From positions 1,736,001 through 1,800,000 of the forward strand of contig CAJFCJ010000003.1 in NCBI GenBank assembly GCA_904063045.1: DNA of 64,000 nucleotides, read 5' to 3'. Below the pieces are notes generated by a model. That model was not told the origin of the DNA. It searched no databases and saw only the letters and a list, made by a program, of their open reading frames with translations. The stretch comes from Dimorphilus gyrociliatus (taxonomy: Eukaryota; Animalia; Annelida). Below, in pieces: positions 43,101 through 56,540 of the stretch; position 1 is the first letter of the stretch, and each line of letters starts with the position of its first letter. The translations under genes and the position numbers were made by a program.

Positions 43101-45733
43101 AAGTTTTGAACCTTGACTGGCGTCCTCTCTTACGAGACTCTTTCTTCTATGCCATGAGTATTGCTTGTTTCATTGTCTTTTCTTGGGATGCAAAATTTAG
43201 TCATTGGGAGGCCGCTGTGCTCTTATGTCTTTACATTGCCTATATCGGACTTATGTTTGTGAATCCCAACCTTATGAATTGGATGTCAACGTGGCGGGGC
43301 TGGTAAGAATTTTATTACATCTATACTTTCGTTTTCTAGCAAATTTTTTTCTAACATTACTCCAATATTATTACTTCTCAGCTGTAAAAGCTCAATGATT
43401 AACCCAACATCGATGGAAGATGGGCCTGAGACGGAACAAACAGGAGCAGACGAAAAAAATGAAAACAAACTGCGTAAGGTAAAGTAACAAAACTATAATT
43501 AAATACTACATTTGGTATTAGATCTTGAAAATAAAAAAGCTTTATTTAAATTGTTACATTGTATACGTATATATATATATGTATAGACCTCGACAAACGG
43601 ACTTACAAATACTCAGGAGCCAAACGGAGAGGTAAACGGAGATGTTTGCTTTTGCTTTTACTATCTTTCAATTTATTTACAAAACATAAAGGGTTTTAAT
43701 TTTTTTAAAGCTTTTCTTTTTTCTTCTATACACATGCTCTATCATGGGTATTAACGCATGGTTGATCTTTTTTTTGAAATTTGAATAAGAATATGGTTCA
43801 CTGAAATTCATGATAATTTTCACCCAGCTCATACTATTGCTTCAAAAGCAGCAGAAATTAGGTTACATAAAAAACTATAGAAACGTATCACGTGACATGG
43901 AGGCTGCTCCATATTCCGTTACATTGGAATTTTCTTTGCTGAAATTGTAATGGTTTCATCAGAATGATAATTATTTTCCAAAGCAAAATAATAATTTTAC
44001 AAATTCATCTTTTTAGAAGAGTTTTTGGCTCGTTTAAAAGGGCTAAAAAGCTGTATCTTTCTGTTACATACGTATACTAATCCTTATATATACATACTAA
44101 TATATACTATATATATTCAAACATCTTCTCTCTATAGTATTTTATTTAGACTTTTTTTATAGCAGTCTCTGGTTGGAGGTCATGCTAGAAGAGTTTCAGT
44201 TATCTCTCAAATATCTCACGAGCAAGAAGGAAAACAGTTTCATCATGAGAAGAGACATTCAATTTCGGCTGCTCTAGTAAGTGACAGGATTCAAAAATTT
44301 TCGAACTTATCGATATGCATATAGCAGCACTTATTAATTTATTAATCAATTAAAATAACAGGCAAACTATACATAACAATTACGATGGTTAAATTTCAAG
44401 CTTACTAATAAAATATTAACAATTAACATTTTTTGCTGTGAGTGTTTAACATTTTCAGATGTCAAAATCACCACCCCATTCGCCTTCCGTTGTGAATCAA
44501 GGACTCCACCTTTTCCAAAACGTAACAAAAGCTCATCAAAAAGCCGATAGTGGATTTCAAAGCCGGGAAGCCTCCACTCACGAAAGTGTCATTAATTCTA
44601 CTGGCGACGTTCAATCATCGCCAGATAGACAAAAATTACCACCCTTACAAAGCTCGCCTCCTAATCATAATGATAGCTATCAGCTTCAAAATCTTTCCTC
44701 ACCTCCCCCATTACCACCTATTTCTAATGGCAATGATCCAGTTAATGGAATTAAACAGATGAACAGACCAAACCGTACAAGCGTAACTTCCCAACAAAAC
44801 GACATCAAAGAAGAAATTTCAAATGAATCCAACGAAAATGTTAATGTATTTTCTTCATTACATTTATAATTCTTTGCGTAAAGTTATTGAATGTTTTAGA
44901 GAGAGAATGACGGAGATGATACTGACCATGAAGAAACTATACGCTGTTGTCCATGTTCCGGATGTCCCAAAGTGCGAACCTATCCTCCTAGCTGTGAAAT
45001 TGCTAGAACTGAAGGCGGTTGTCTCAATTGGCTCAAAACAATAGGACGTTGGTTATTATGGATTCCATCATTTCCCTTTCTTTGCCTCTTCTCTTGGACA
45101 ATTCCAGATTGCTCGAAACCTCATTTACAAAAGTTTTTTCTCTTTAGCTTTTTTATATCGGTTGCATGGATTGCTCTACTCAGCTTTACTATGGTTACAC
45201 TGGTTGGACGTACTGGATGCATTCTAAACATAGACAGCTACGTCATGGGTTTAGTTATTATTGCCGTTGGCACTAGCATACCGGATGCCCTAAGTTCTGT
45301 TTTAGTTGCCAGGGACGGCTATGGAGATATGGCTGTATCAAACGCTATTGGTTCGAATGTATTTGATATTAACCTGGGCCTGGGTCTACCTTTTCTCATT
45401 CGTATTGGAATTGACAAAGGAGATCCAATCAAGCTGTTGCAATTAGATTCAGAATGGGTAAGTTATTTGGTCATTTTGTTGTGGAATTTTCTCAATATTT
45501 AATAAAATTCTTAGAACGACTATTACGACGGAACCATGAAAATTGTACCGCATGCGAAATTTGGTTTCTTGTTAATACTGGAGTTGATTATAGCTCTCTT
45601 CTTCTTTACAATTTTTCGCTTTAGATTAAATAAATACATAGGTATAACTTTCGTTTGTCTTTATGTTATTTTCGTAACCTATGCATTTATTCAAGAACTT
45701 GTCTGCGTGAAAAAATATTCAACTTATTGTTAA
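40190..45733 (+). CDS. K+-dependent Na+/Ca2+ exchanger (SLC24/NCKX family)
   Basis: First exon [11 protein letters not shown]... splices (phase 1) to [10 protein letters not shown]. Alpha-1 repeat [11 protein letters not shown]...[20 protein letters not shown]...[13 protein letters not shown]; alpha-2 repeat [36 protein letters not shown]. Confidence 0.92.
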
Positions 45734-46197
45734 TTTTAAAGATAAAGTTTTATTCTTGTTCTCTATATTCTTAATGTTTTCGTAACGTTCAAAAATGAGC
45801 ATTAATCATTTTCTCACATGCAAACTTGATAAGCTCTCTCTGATGTGCCAAAACACTTTGTCTATGTTACGCATCCTGCATCGATTAACATGAAATTAAT
45901 TGTACAGTAGAAATTAATCAACATTCGAATTTTGAATCATTTTTTGTTATGTCTATCAGAATTTAAAGTGTGCAAATTTTTGTTTGAGATATGGGGATGA
46001 TGTTTTCCACAGATTTCGTAGATCTCAATGTCTAAGCCAAATTAATTTTAATTTCTTACTGATGTATATGTTTGATTAGTAAATCTAGAAAAAGTAATTA
46101 CAATAATTACAACTCATAAGTTAAGCTGCACAACCTTAGAGTAACAATTATTATATGAACAATTAAAATACAATTATTGTACAAGCGATAAACGCCG

Positions 46198-47293
46198 CTA
46201 AAAGCCTTCCCGCCTGCGAAGTTTCTTTAGAACATCTAGCCATCTATTCCAACGTATTCCAAACTCCTCTTCAATCTGAAAAATTTTTTTATAGCTCATA
46301 AAAAGAGGATGGGCATCCTTACGTTTTTGTGAAACAGCGATCTTGGATTCACCTCACTTACAGTTTGTACTGAAGAAGATCCTACGTCAAACGTATTACC
46401 GAAAATAGCTTTTTCATGAGAAACAGTCTCATGAAAATCATGTTTCGGTTTCTTTTTTCTGCTGCCAACAAATGCTGATTGATGAAATCCCCCTAATTCA
46501 ACCGACTCCAATATCTTAAATCTTTCATCATTATCCAATGCTGATAAACTAAAGGAAGGCCCAATTGCTGTTGGTAAAGATTTATTCATTGAGAAATCTT
46601 CATCTGTTGCCTTTGCAGTAAAGAGAGCTTTTTGAAGAGTTAATTCAGCTTTTTCTTTTGGTGTCTAAAGATATGAATGTTAATTAAACGTTTACCATAC
46701 AATAGTAAATTCAATAAAAAGACTTTTATATTTTTAGATAAGTTATAATTAAGGTACATTTCTTAGTATGACCAAGAATCCTTCCAAGCTGATACTATTA
46801 ATACTTTGCTGTTGCATAGGTGGGCAAAAAGCTCTTCAATAACCTTTAATTTAGTCAAATTTTTATAACTACAATTACTGAAAAATATTAGACAACTGCA
46901 AAATACAGGAACAAGAAATTTTCACCATGTGCAAATAACCAGGAGTGTTTGTTGTTGTCTCCTTAGGAGATTCCGACTTCGACTTGCTTATTCTATTGCT
47001 CCTCGACCTAAAGTACTCCAATTATTAATTTGCTTCAAAGTTTCTTCTTCTTTACCTATCATATCGTCTGCTTCTACTGCGCGAACGAGAGTTCCTTTTG
47101 TTTTTCCTCGTCGGACTATTGCTTCTAGAGCGCCTCTTCTGTCTTCTTGAGCGACGAGATTCTTTGTTTTCATTTCTATAAAGAGCTGCTTTGCAAATTA
47201 AAATGACTTCAGACGTTCTACGTACCTAGAAAATCCAGAATTTTTTCCAAGATCTATATCATAGTCAGTCTCGTCACTTGATCGTCGACCCAT
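46198..47293 (-). CDS. RSRC1: Arginine/serine-rich coiled-coil protein 1 (SRrp53)-like
   Basis: MGRRSSD N-terminus; spliced RS domain SRRSRRQKRRSRSNSP...RSRSRSRR; C-terminal VELGGFHQSAFVGSR...SLFHKN|IEEEFGIRWNRWLDVLKKLRRR resembling RSRC1. The ORF track shows the wrong frame for the RS exon. Confidence 0.8.
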
Positions 47294-50200
47294 TAACCAC
47301 GAAATAAAAAATCCTATCGAAAAAATTGAATAACCCTACTTTATTCTATAATAAAATATTTTTTATATCTCTAACTGAATGGTTGTCTCACATATACTTT
47401 TTCACGTACAATATACATTACCTTATGTTGTAAATGGAAAGAGTTTTAAAGGCTTATCCGCATTTATAGTTGGTGAAGTGAAGTAGATGGCGCCTAAAAA
47501 TAATAAATTGGCTATACTAAGGTTGTACCGGTTACTGGACCTTTACGGGCCTTTCTAAAGCTAGGATGTAATTTTCCAGTGCCCCGAATTAAACTGTTTA
47601 AGGGTATATTTTATTGATAAAGGTCAAGAAACATTATTTAAGAGTCATCTCTATATTGATATGTTAAACATATAGCGGGGTAATATTATTATACTGATTA
47701 GTGCCTATGGCAAGTATAACTTCTGTTAGGCATTGATTTCAGCTGAACAAAACTGACCACATGGTTGCTCGTTGGATGGGTCAAGTGAGGAAATCCAAAA
47801 TGTATGTATTAGGATAAGAATGAGAAAATATTAAAGATTCGTTTGTTTGTGTTCATTATTTCAATTTTTAAAATTTTGCGACAGTGTTTTAGTAAGACCC
47901 ATATTTTTCATGTAACCGGTTGTTTCTTTTCTCCAATGTGGCCATTTCTTCTGACTGCCATCTAGAGGTTGTTATAAACTACAGATTGGGAAAGTCAAGA
48001 ATCGTTTTTCCGAACGATATGCAAAATAAATAAGAAAGGAAAGATAATATATTAGTATCTCTTAATATAACTATAATTTCTTTTTTAATAATCTATTTAC
48101 TTTCGTTAGGATATGAATTATAATTTATGTTAATTGAAATTGTTACATATAAACTAAATTGATAGGTATGAGCTTTTCAATGGTGACACAAAATTCTTCC
48201 TTTTATTCATGCGTTCTCTAGTTGCAGTTGAGACGATAATTTCAGAACACAAAATGAGTTCCTTTTGAGTATTGAAGTGACCTTTACTTTCACCAAATTC
48301 GCTTATACATTGAATGGATTTAGGAAGGTGTTTTGATTTATCTAATTTCTACGTTTCGAATTACCATTTTCATGCTTTAATTTTTATCTCTTCAGAGTAG
48401 TACTGTAACTTTTAAAGTAGGAGAGTGAAATGAGTTTTTAACAAAACGTAGTGAGACTCAAATTGAGATAGATAGAGCTTTTTAAGCATAAAAAATTTAC
48501 ATTTTATTGTTACATCTTTCAATGACAATATAACATGTTAATAAAACTACTTTAAAGTTTAAGTTTTATCGGTTATGTGATGAAGTAAATACAAGTATAC
48601 AAGTGTAGGAATTTTAAAATCCTAAGTAATCTACTTTTTGAATATTACTTTTAAGAATTGAAATAATTAATTTTTACAAGAAATAAATTATATAAATCGA
48701 ATTTACACATTCATCTTTTTATGATAATGAATTCACGTTTTATTTGAAAATGAGCATTGATTGTCTTTGCTCACCGGACACTTAATAAACCTAACATATT
48801 CTGATTAAATTTGTAAAACTTTTAAACTAAACTGCGTTGAAATTATTCTTACATATTTGAATCATTGGCACATACTAGAAATTATAGATATTTATACAGA
48901 TCAAATAAAACTCATATTTCGTTCATTTAGGTCTATTTCTAGATGAGGTCTCAGTAAAATTCAACTATTTTGAAAATTGTATTCTCTCCTTAAAAAATAA
49001 AAATATAAATGTATTTTTATATGACTATAAATTTTTTTCTCTACTTTAAACATCATTTCATATTATAATCGAGTATAGCGTAGTCTTTTTGTATAAATCT
49101 GTTTCTTGAAATGTTAGGAAAACTACATGAAGTTTTGATATCACGGTGATATACTTTTCAAACAAAAAGCTGTATTGCTTTTATATACCAATCTTGTACA
49201 AACCTCAACAAATTTCTTAAACTGGATTTTAAGTGGAAAATAAAGTTAGTTCATCTAAGAACTATAATACTCTACAAATAAAAAAAACACTTACTGCCAT
49301 CTGTAAGTAAAATAACGCACTGAATGCGTTGCGTTCTGATTTTTTCAATCTGATAATACAGCACATCTGACATTAATTTGACTTGTTCAGATAAAGTACT
49401 AGTTTTTCTTACTGAAATATGCCATCTCAAGAAGCGAAAGACTAAGTTTTTATATTATTTATATTGAAAAACAAACTTACTAACCTTTAATTTTCTCTCA
49501 TATATATAGCATACAAAGTCAGGAGTCAAATGTTGTAAAAACTTAAGACAGTTATATTTAGATATCGGATCATAAATACTTTAATATATTATTCTACCAA
49601 CTCATCCATATGACAACCTTTCCAACTGAAAGACCAATACTTTTTAGTATTAATAAAAACTTATTTTCACTGAAACACTTGTTGCGAATTCAAATCATTA
49701 AAATCATAACATAATATTAGCAGATGTACCTTCTTGTTGAAGAAATTAAAATTTTCAATGTTTCAAGAATAACCTTATTTAAAAATTTGGGTGTCTGACA
49801 TACAAAATGTCATAAAGCCGCCCCACAAGTCAGATTAGTGTCTCCAACAGTTTTTCTTTCGTTCGATAAGCAGCTGTGAGCCTTTATTTATCCCTGGCAC
49901 GCACTTAAACATATCAGTGGCATCCATGTTTATGTTTTTCAAATGTTATACGGATCCTTTGCTGCTCTCCTTGCTTCTTGCAATAATAATAAGCTATGTA
50001 ATGTTTACCATTTTCAGCGAACTTTTTTTCTTGTTATTAAATTTATCAACTATATTTCATTCATATAAGTGAATAACTTGATCAGATAACTTATTATTCA
50101 TTCTTTATATGGATAGATGATAATATAAAAGACTCTAGTTTTAGGTAGATCTATCTCCGCAATACGCCTTCAAATAAAAATTTATCTAAAATCTGTTGGC

Positions 50201-50342
50201 GTATTATGCAAGAATAATATTTTACTGAGTTTAGAATGTATACAAACATTTCATTTTAACATCTCTAAAATCCGTTTACTTTTTAAAATGGTATACTTCT
50301 ATTTAAGCACGGTTATAAGCATTTACGAAGTATTTAGAAATA

Positions 50343-51686
50343 TCAAAGCCTAACAACGGAATTCGAGCGATGATCAGAATAGTTAACGCTAAAACTGGAA
50401 TTTGATAATGGAGCGTTATAACGATTATTTCGTCTAGTTCTCAGTCTATTTTTTGGACACCAATGAAACAAAATTTTTGAAAACGCTCTTCTAAAATCTT
50501 TCATTGAACATGCGTAGATAACTGGATTCATTCCGGAATTAATGTAACCTAGCCAAGTGAAGACAGGAAACAGAATTTCACCGTGTTTGATACAATTGCT
50601 GCATAGACCTAATACAAATAAAGAAATAGTGAAAATCGTTACAAAAAAAGCTTATAGCTCCTCACCTGTAAGGACATTTAGGACAAAAAATGGCACCCAA
50701 CATATACAAAAGACCCCTATAACTATACCCAAAGTCTTAGCTGCCTTTTGCTCCTTAGCAAGTTTAGATAGTTTTCGACTCAAGGCAAAATGCTTCCATT
50801 TCCTTGAGACCATTCTTGGAGGTCGAATATGCTGTGTATAGCAATTATTTGGATTGATCAAGTGAGCTGGGGAATTAGGGCATTCCGAATCTGAGTCGGT
50901 GGTTTCAGCATATCTATAAGCTCCACCCCTGTGCATCCTTAACGTCATTGTTTCACCTGATTGCCCATCATTAACTAGTACTTTCGAACCACATTTTAAA
51001 CTTCTAGTTTGTTCACATGCTGCTACATATATCTTGTAATAAGCAAACATTATTATAAAAACGGGGCAGTAAAATGAAATTATCGATGAGAAGATGAGAT
51101 AATATACGTCTTCTGTAAAAGCGCATTTGTCGACTTCAATAGGTTCGGGAACAGTTGCTCTCCACCACAAAATGGCCGGAAACGAGATTGCTGACGAACA
51201 AATCCAGACTAGAGCGATGAGTATCAATGCCCTCCCTGTCGACATCTTTCCTGGATAAGCTATCGGATCTGTAATGGCCCAATATCGATCCAAAGATATA
51301 ACACTAAGATTTAAAATAGACGCCGTGCTTGCTAAAACATCAAAACTGTGCCAGACATCGCACCAATCTCTTCCAAAATACCAAACGTTATCAGTTAGTT
51401 CCATGACAATTGAGAAGGGCATTACAAGAGACCCGATAACAAGGTCAGCAACGGCTAATGATACGATAAAATAATATGTAACAGTTCGTAGATAACGTTC
51501 TCTAACAACCGCAATTATAACGAGCATATTACCACCAATAGTAATGAGAGCAAAAGTAGTTAGCAAAAGGCCTAAGGCTGGCTTGAATCGACGCCAACCA
51601 TCTTGATCCTGTGTAGTTCGATTTTCAGCGGTGATATTAATCCATTTACATAATAATGACGTGTCGTTGATTCGGCCGAGACACAT
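50343..51686 (-). CDS. Dop1R2: Invertebrate D1-like dopamine receptor (Dop1R2/INDR type), 2 coding exons
   Basis: WCDVWHSFDVLASTASILNLSVISLDRYWAITDP, VWICSSAISFPAILWWRA, TLRMHRGG, KEQKAAKTLGIV, exon 2 TWLGYINSGMNPVIYAC..DFRRAF. Confidence 0.88.
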
Positions 51687-54600
51687 TTTCTAGAATGAGT
51701 GACGCCAGAGTCAAAGCGACATCCTGCGATAAAAGAGACGTCTTGCTTGTTGTCCTTCCTTTTATCGTACTTTCTCTCTTTCACAGATGGTCCATTATTA
51801 CCGCCTATAAGTGAAGGTATGTCAAAATGTGATTATAAAGCTAATTTACAAATTTGGCGAAATGCCGAATCAATTCATCGTAAACACGTATATAGTACGT
51901 TTCACTTACGCCTACCCGATGATCGAGGCGTAAAATTGTCAAGTGCGTGACCGATTCGAATATATTAGACGCCTTTACACTATGCTTATAATGACGATAT
52001 ATATGAGCCAAGCTGTGAAGGCGTCTAATCTTACTACTTTTTGATCTTTCACAGAAAGTAACATTCGTCAATGGCATATTGGCCTCAATTAACTCCTAAG
52101 AAAAGTCACGTGATTAGTATATTGCCCAACAAGAAAAGTCAGACGAGCAAAAAGCCCAAAGTTACCCAATTCTTTTCGACTCAATTCAGTTAATGAAAAC
52201 GTGGTGAGCATCGGTGAAGTTTGCCAACACGTTCCTTTATAAGAAAAGAAAGGCTGTCGGTCGTCTTTTATGCTCGTCGTATAAAGCTAGATACTTATAT
52301 AGATTTTTAATTCAAATGATTCTATAGAACTGTTTTATAAAGATTCATGAAATATTCTAAGGAGCGTGAATTTAAAAGTTATATAATCAACCAATATTAA
52401 GATAAATCACTACGATAATAGAATCTACAACATCTCTTTCATTGACGGTCATAAAAGGAGTTACGGTGGCAATTAGGCGCAACGATCACCAACGTTTCAT
52501 TTCAAGATTTTAAATTAACAGAGTAGTCTTGATGGCTCGGAAACGGCCAGGTTTCATAATCTAGCACTTTTATCTTCATGATACGAATTTAAGGTATAGC
52601 AATAATTCTGTTGGTTTTGTTATATTTATTAAATGTAATTCTTTAATGATCATTTTGATGAACAGATGATCTTTGAAAATGATAAAGCGTTTCCGACTTT
52701 TGGTTACTATGTAATCGATAAATCTTCTAACATTCTCATATGAACTCATCACGTCTTTTACACATATCTAAACGGTTTTAGCGACTGTTTTAGTCAACTT
52801 AATCTACTTATAAGTACTTTTACCATTGGCTATTGAACGACCAAATCGAAGATATTGAATTTTATAAATCATTTTCCCCTTCCTACCCGATATATGAAAA
52901 ATATACGCTTATATTGTTTATCTTTTGGTTACAGCCGTTCCGAAATTCCTAAATGTAAACCCGATAGATTGCGGAAGCTGTCATTTAGACAGAACATGTT
53001 GCGAAATACTACGATGAAGGTGGTCATTTACATCCAAATATTTAGACAACCATCAACTTTTCAATGCAATATTATCTGTTAACAGTTTCTTTGAGTGCGA
53101 CACCGCCATTACAATTTATGTCACATTAAATACATATTCTGTATAAGTAGTTGAGAGTGGACATAATATTTAGCACAGATGATTTGCCTCCGTTTTTCTT
53201 GAATATCATATGTAGAATGTGAAGCGAAACTCTTCCCTGCAATTTGCATAGAAAAAAATACCTTTCTAAAAGATTTTCTTGGATATTAAAAAGAAAGCTT
53301 CGGAATGGCTTCGGTCGTGTTCGTCTTTTTACTTATTCTTTTTCCCTCTTCGATTACTCGTTCGATGTCAATATGATTCTTACGATAAATCTCTTACCAA
53401 ATCGACGTTTTCCGTTGGACTACTTGCTACTCACATAAATACCATGAATTCTCAGGCCTCTTCCGATCCTCATAACATTATTGCTCTTACAATAACTTTA
53501 CAAGGTTTCTTTTTATTTAACTTACATAAAAATACTAAACTTTAAGGCTCAAATTTTACTAATTAGTGTTACGAATACAACATACTGTATGTGGGTAAAG
53601 AGAGTATACTTTCCGTATAGTAAACTAGTATTACTTTAAACATATACCTATACGATTATTATCACCAGTGAATCATAAAATCTTTAAGAGTGCTGAATGA
53701 GGCTTACAGGTCCAAAATTTATCTTATCTTAAAATATAAAGTGCCAAAAAGAGCATTCCAGACTCAAATGCGAGGTAATTCGAAGAAACGAACCTGCAAA
53801 AATTTTTCGTATAAAATATCCAATCTTGCAACGAAAGCAATAATATTACAGTTCTGTAGAAAATCAGCAGCGCCCTCACCATTCTAGAAAATTAATAAAT
53901 ATTACTTGCGAATATCATCTCTGTCAGCTTTAAGAAAAACGTGTCAGGTCAATTATTAGCTTTCTAAGCTTATGTTCAACAGTTTATTTTGAATTTTAAA
54001 AATTAATTTGAATACAAAAAAACGTTAAATATTAAGTGTCTTAAAAGCCAACGGAAATTCTATATGTTTCTCATTAAATTTCACGGGCAATGCTCGACAG
54101 GTGTTTGCAATTTAACTAAATAGACTTAAGCATGAAATCCTCTTAAAGACTGAGTTAAAAGTATATTAACAAAAATGCACAAACTATTCTAGTCTTCCCT
54201 CTAGAAAACTTAGTAAAAAAGATGTTCACATTCTATTTTTAGCGATTTGTTATCTCATTTGAGATAGTCAGTATAACTATAAAACTATTTTTTAAAAATT
54301 ACATATTTTTTAATCTCAAAAAAAGAACTTTAATTTAGTCACAAGTGCATAAAAAGTTCTAAGTGTATTAACAATATTACAAGAATACTTAAAAAAGAAA
54401 TTTAGACTATCATTTGGAAAGAATTATTCTTGATAATGCCTACTTGGATACGATTAGTGAAGAAAATTTACTAGAATAATAAGTCGTACTTTTACAAATC
54501 TTTTCTTTAGTTTGTAGGTTAATCTGAATGATTATGACATATATTCACCAAATTTCTCATATAATGTTCATTACTTGTCAATGGAATATCCCATTTATAT

Positions 54601-55063
54601 ATTTCACGAGCTTTCAGGCAAGTTTACACCTACTCAAACTAACAGTCAAACGGATACACAAATATGTTTATATATCATGTTGTGTTTTATAAAAACATTT
54701 ATATAATGAATGCCATGTATAAAGCATGGAAGATGAAAGAAAATTTTCGAACGGACTTATCGTTACTCTCAAGGTATTGGCCTTTGACCAATTTAAGCCT
54801 ATCAAACTACGTAAATAATTGCAGAAATGTAATGATCTAGTCAAATCTTAAGCTCTCTCTTCCTCTTTTCTGTATCATAAACTGTGATCCTCCTTGACCT
54901 AAGACTAACTTTTTACTCAACAATTTTAACAAGATATCTGCACCATTTCTTCAATTACAACTGTTTAACTTACGCAGTTGGCGTATCTGAAATTTGGCAA
55001 ATTGTTATTTTACAGTTATGCTCTGTAAAGACCTACTTTTATCGAAAACGGTTAGAGCAAGAT

Positions 55064-55067
<4 letters not shown>

Positions 55068-55117
<50 letters not shown>
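55068..55117. repeat. (TA)25 microsatellite
   Basis: Direct reading, 50 bp. Confidence 0.95.
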
Positions 55118-55118
<1 letters not shown>

Positions 55119-56540
55119 CATTTTATATATTGAAAATAAAATATAACAAGGACATTGTGTAATTATGGCAAATAAATAGGCTGCTTCCCTTTTAAATAAT
55201 TTTTTCTATCAATACAAGAAATTTACAGAATAATAAATATATCTCTGTATAGATGCAAAAGTATTGTGTTAGTAAAAAAATTCTGTGTAAACTGGTTATC
55301 ATACTAACACTGACTAGGCAGCTGCTGAAGAGTTTGACCAAATGTTTACGAGTTTAATTTAGATGACTTTTGTGAGCGATCGATGAGGCGTTTTACTTGA
55401 GCTCTTGATTCTGCAAATGCCAAAATCGATGAGCGGCAAAAGACATCAAAAATTATTTGTTTGTTGCTTCTGAGGTGATTTAGAGGAATTGATTGATAAA
55501 ATCTTTTGGTCAGACATCTTGTAGACGCTACTGCACACAAGTAGGGTAGTAGCTTTTTTCAGAATGTAAGTCTGTCATAAGTATTGCATTGATTTTCAAA
55601 AAAATCGATCTATATGACAAAACTTATCATTTTTTTCTCACTCCGTTACAACCAAGCGAAAAGTAGATTTTCCATTTCTTTACGAGAAATTCTCTTTTTC
55701 TATAGTATAAAAGTAGCAATAGGCTATGAGCAAACAGTTTAATCTTATACATATATCTACTTCTTCGAAAGTTCATGAATTTCTTCCCTGCAATTGTTTG
55801 GGGCAAGTTTATATGTTAAAAACTCAAACACAGTCTTATAAAATGACGAAAACAATTATTTTACTCGCATTGCCTGAAGCAATGTCTATTTTTTCAATCA
55901 TTTCCATTTAACTCTTACAGACTTCTTGACTCTTCTGTAATCACACTGGTCCAGATAAATTGCGAATAAATTTTTCTTATTAATGAAGAACTTCGAGTGG
56001 GCCTCTAGTATGTGGAGAGCCGGGATAGACACCAATCGATTCCTCTGAATATTTATCTTGAATGATGGATGGAGTCAGTATCTAATCTCACTTACTACTC
56101 TTCTCGAATAATAAACGTTAGATTTCCATTGACTCGCTCAAAAAACTTCTCCGCTGACTGGGTAACTCATACATATTTTACAAACTATAGCTGTTTCAGC
56201 GCAACGCGATTTGAATGGTGTTTAGTTTATTTGCATGCTCATCACTGTTAAATTTGAACTTGTTGCAGATGGATCTATTAACTAGTGGTAACAGAAAAAT
56301 TTCCACATGAATTGACTGTAAGTTGGATGAAGAAAAGAAACATTATCGCGGTATCAATCATTTTGTACACAAGATATTACTGCTTGTGCTATCCCTGAAG
56401 ATGGACAATCTGACCCACTCGAGTGTGAAATGGAGCTTTTATCAAAGTGGCCTATTCTACTGGCATATACGTTGAATAATACTTGTGAAAACCAAGAGAA
56501 CATAAAAAACAAAAAATCATAACAAATAAAATTTTAAATA

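Noticed and set aside
54884-55162. 92-aa ORF with YIYIYI
   Set aside because: Artefact of the (TA)25 microsatellite.
55320-55540. Possible Tc1/mariner remnant (IDKIFWSD-like peptide)
   Set aside because: The match is too short, all frames are interrupted, and no terminal inverted repeats or DDE context were seen.
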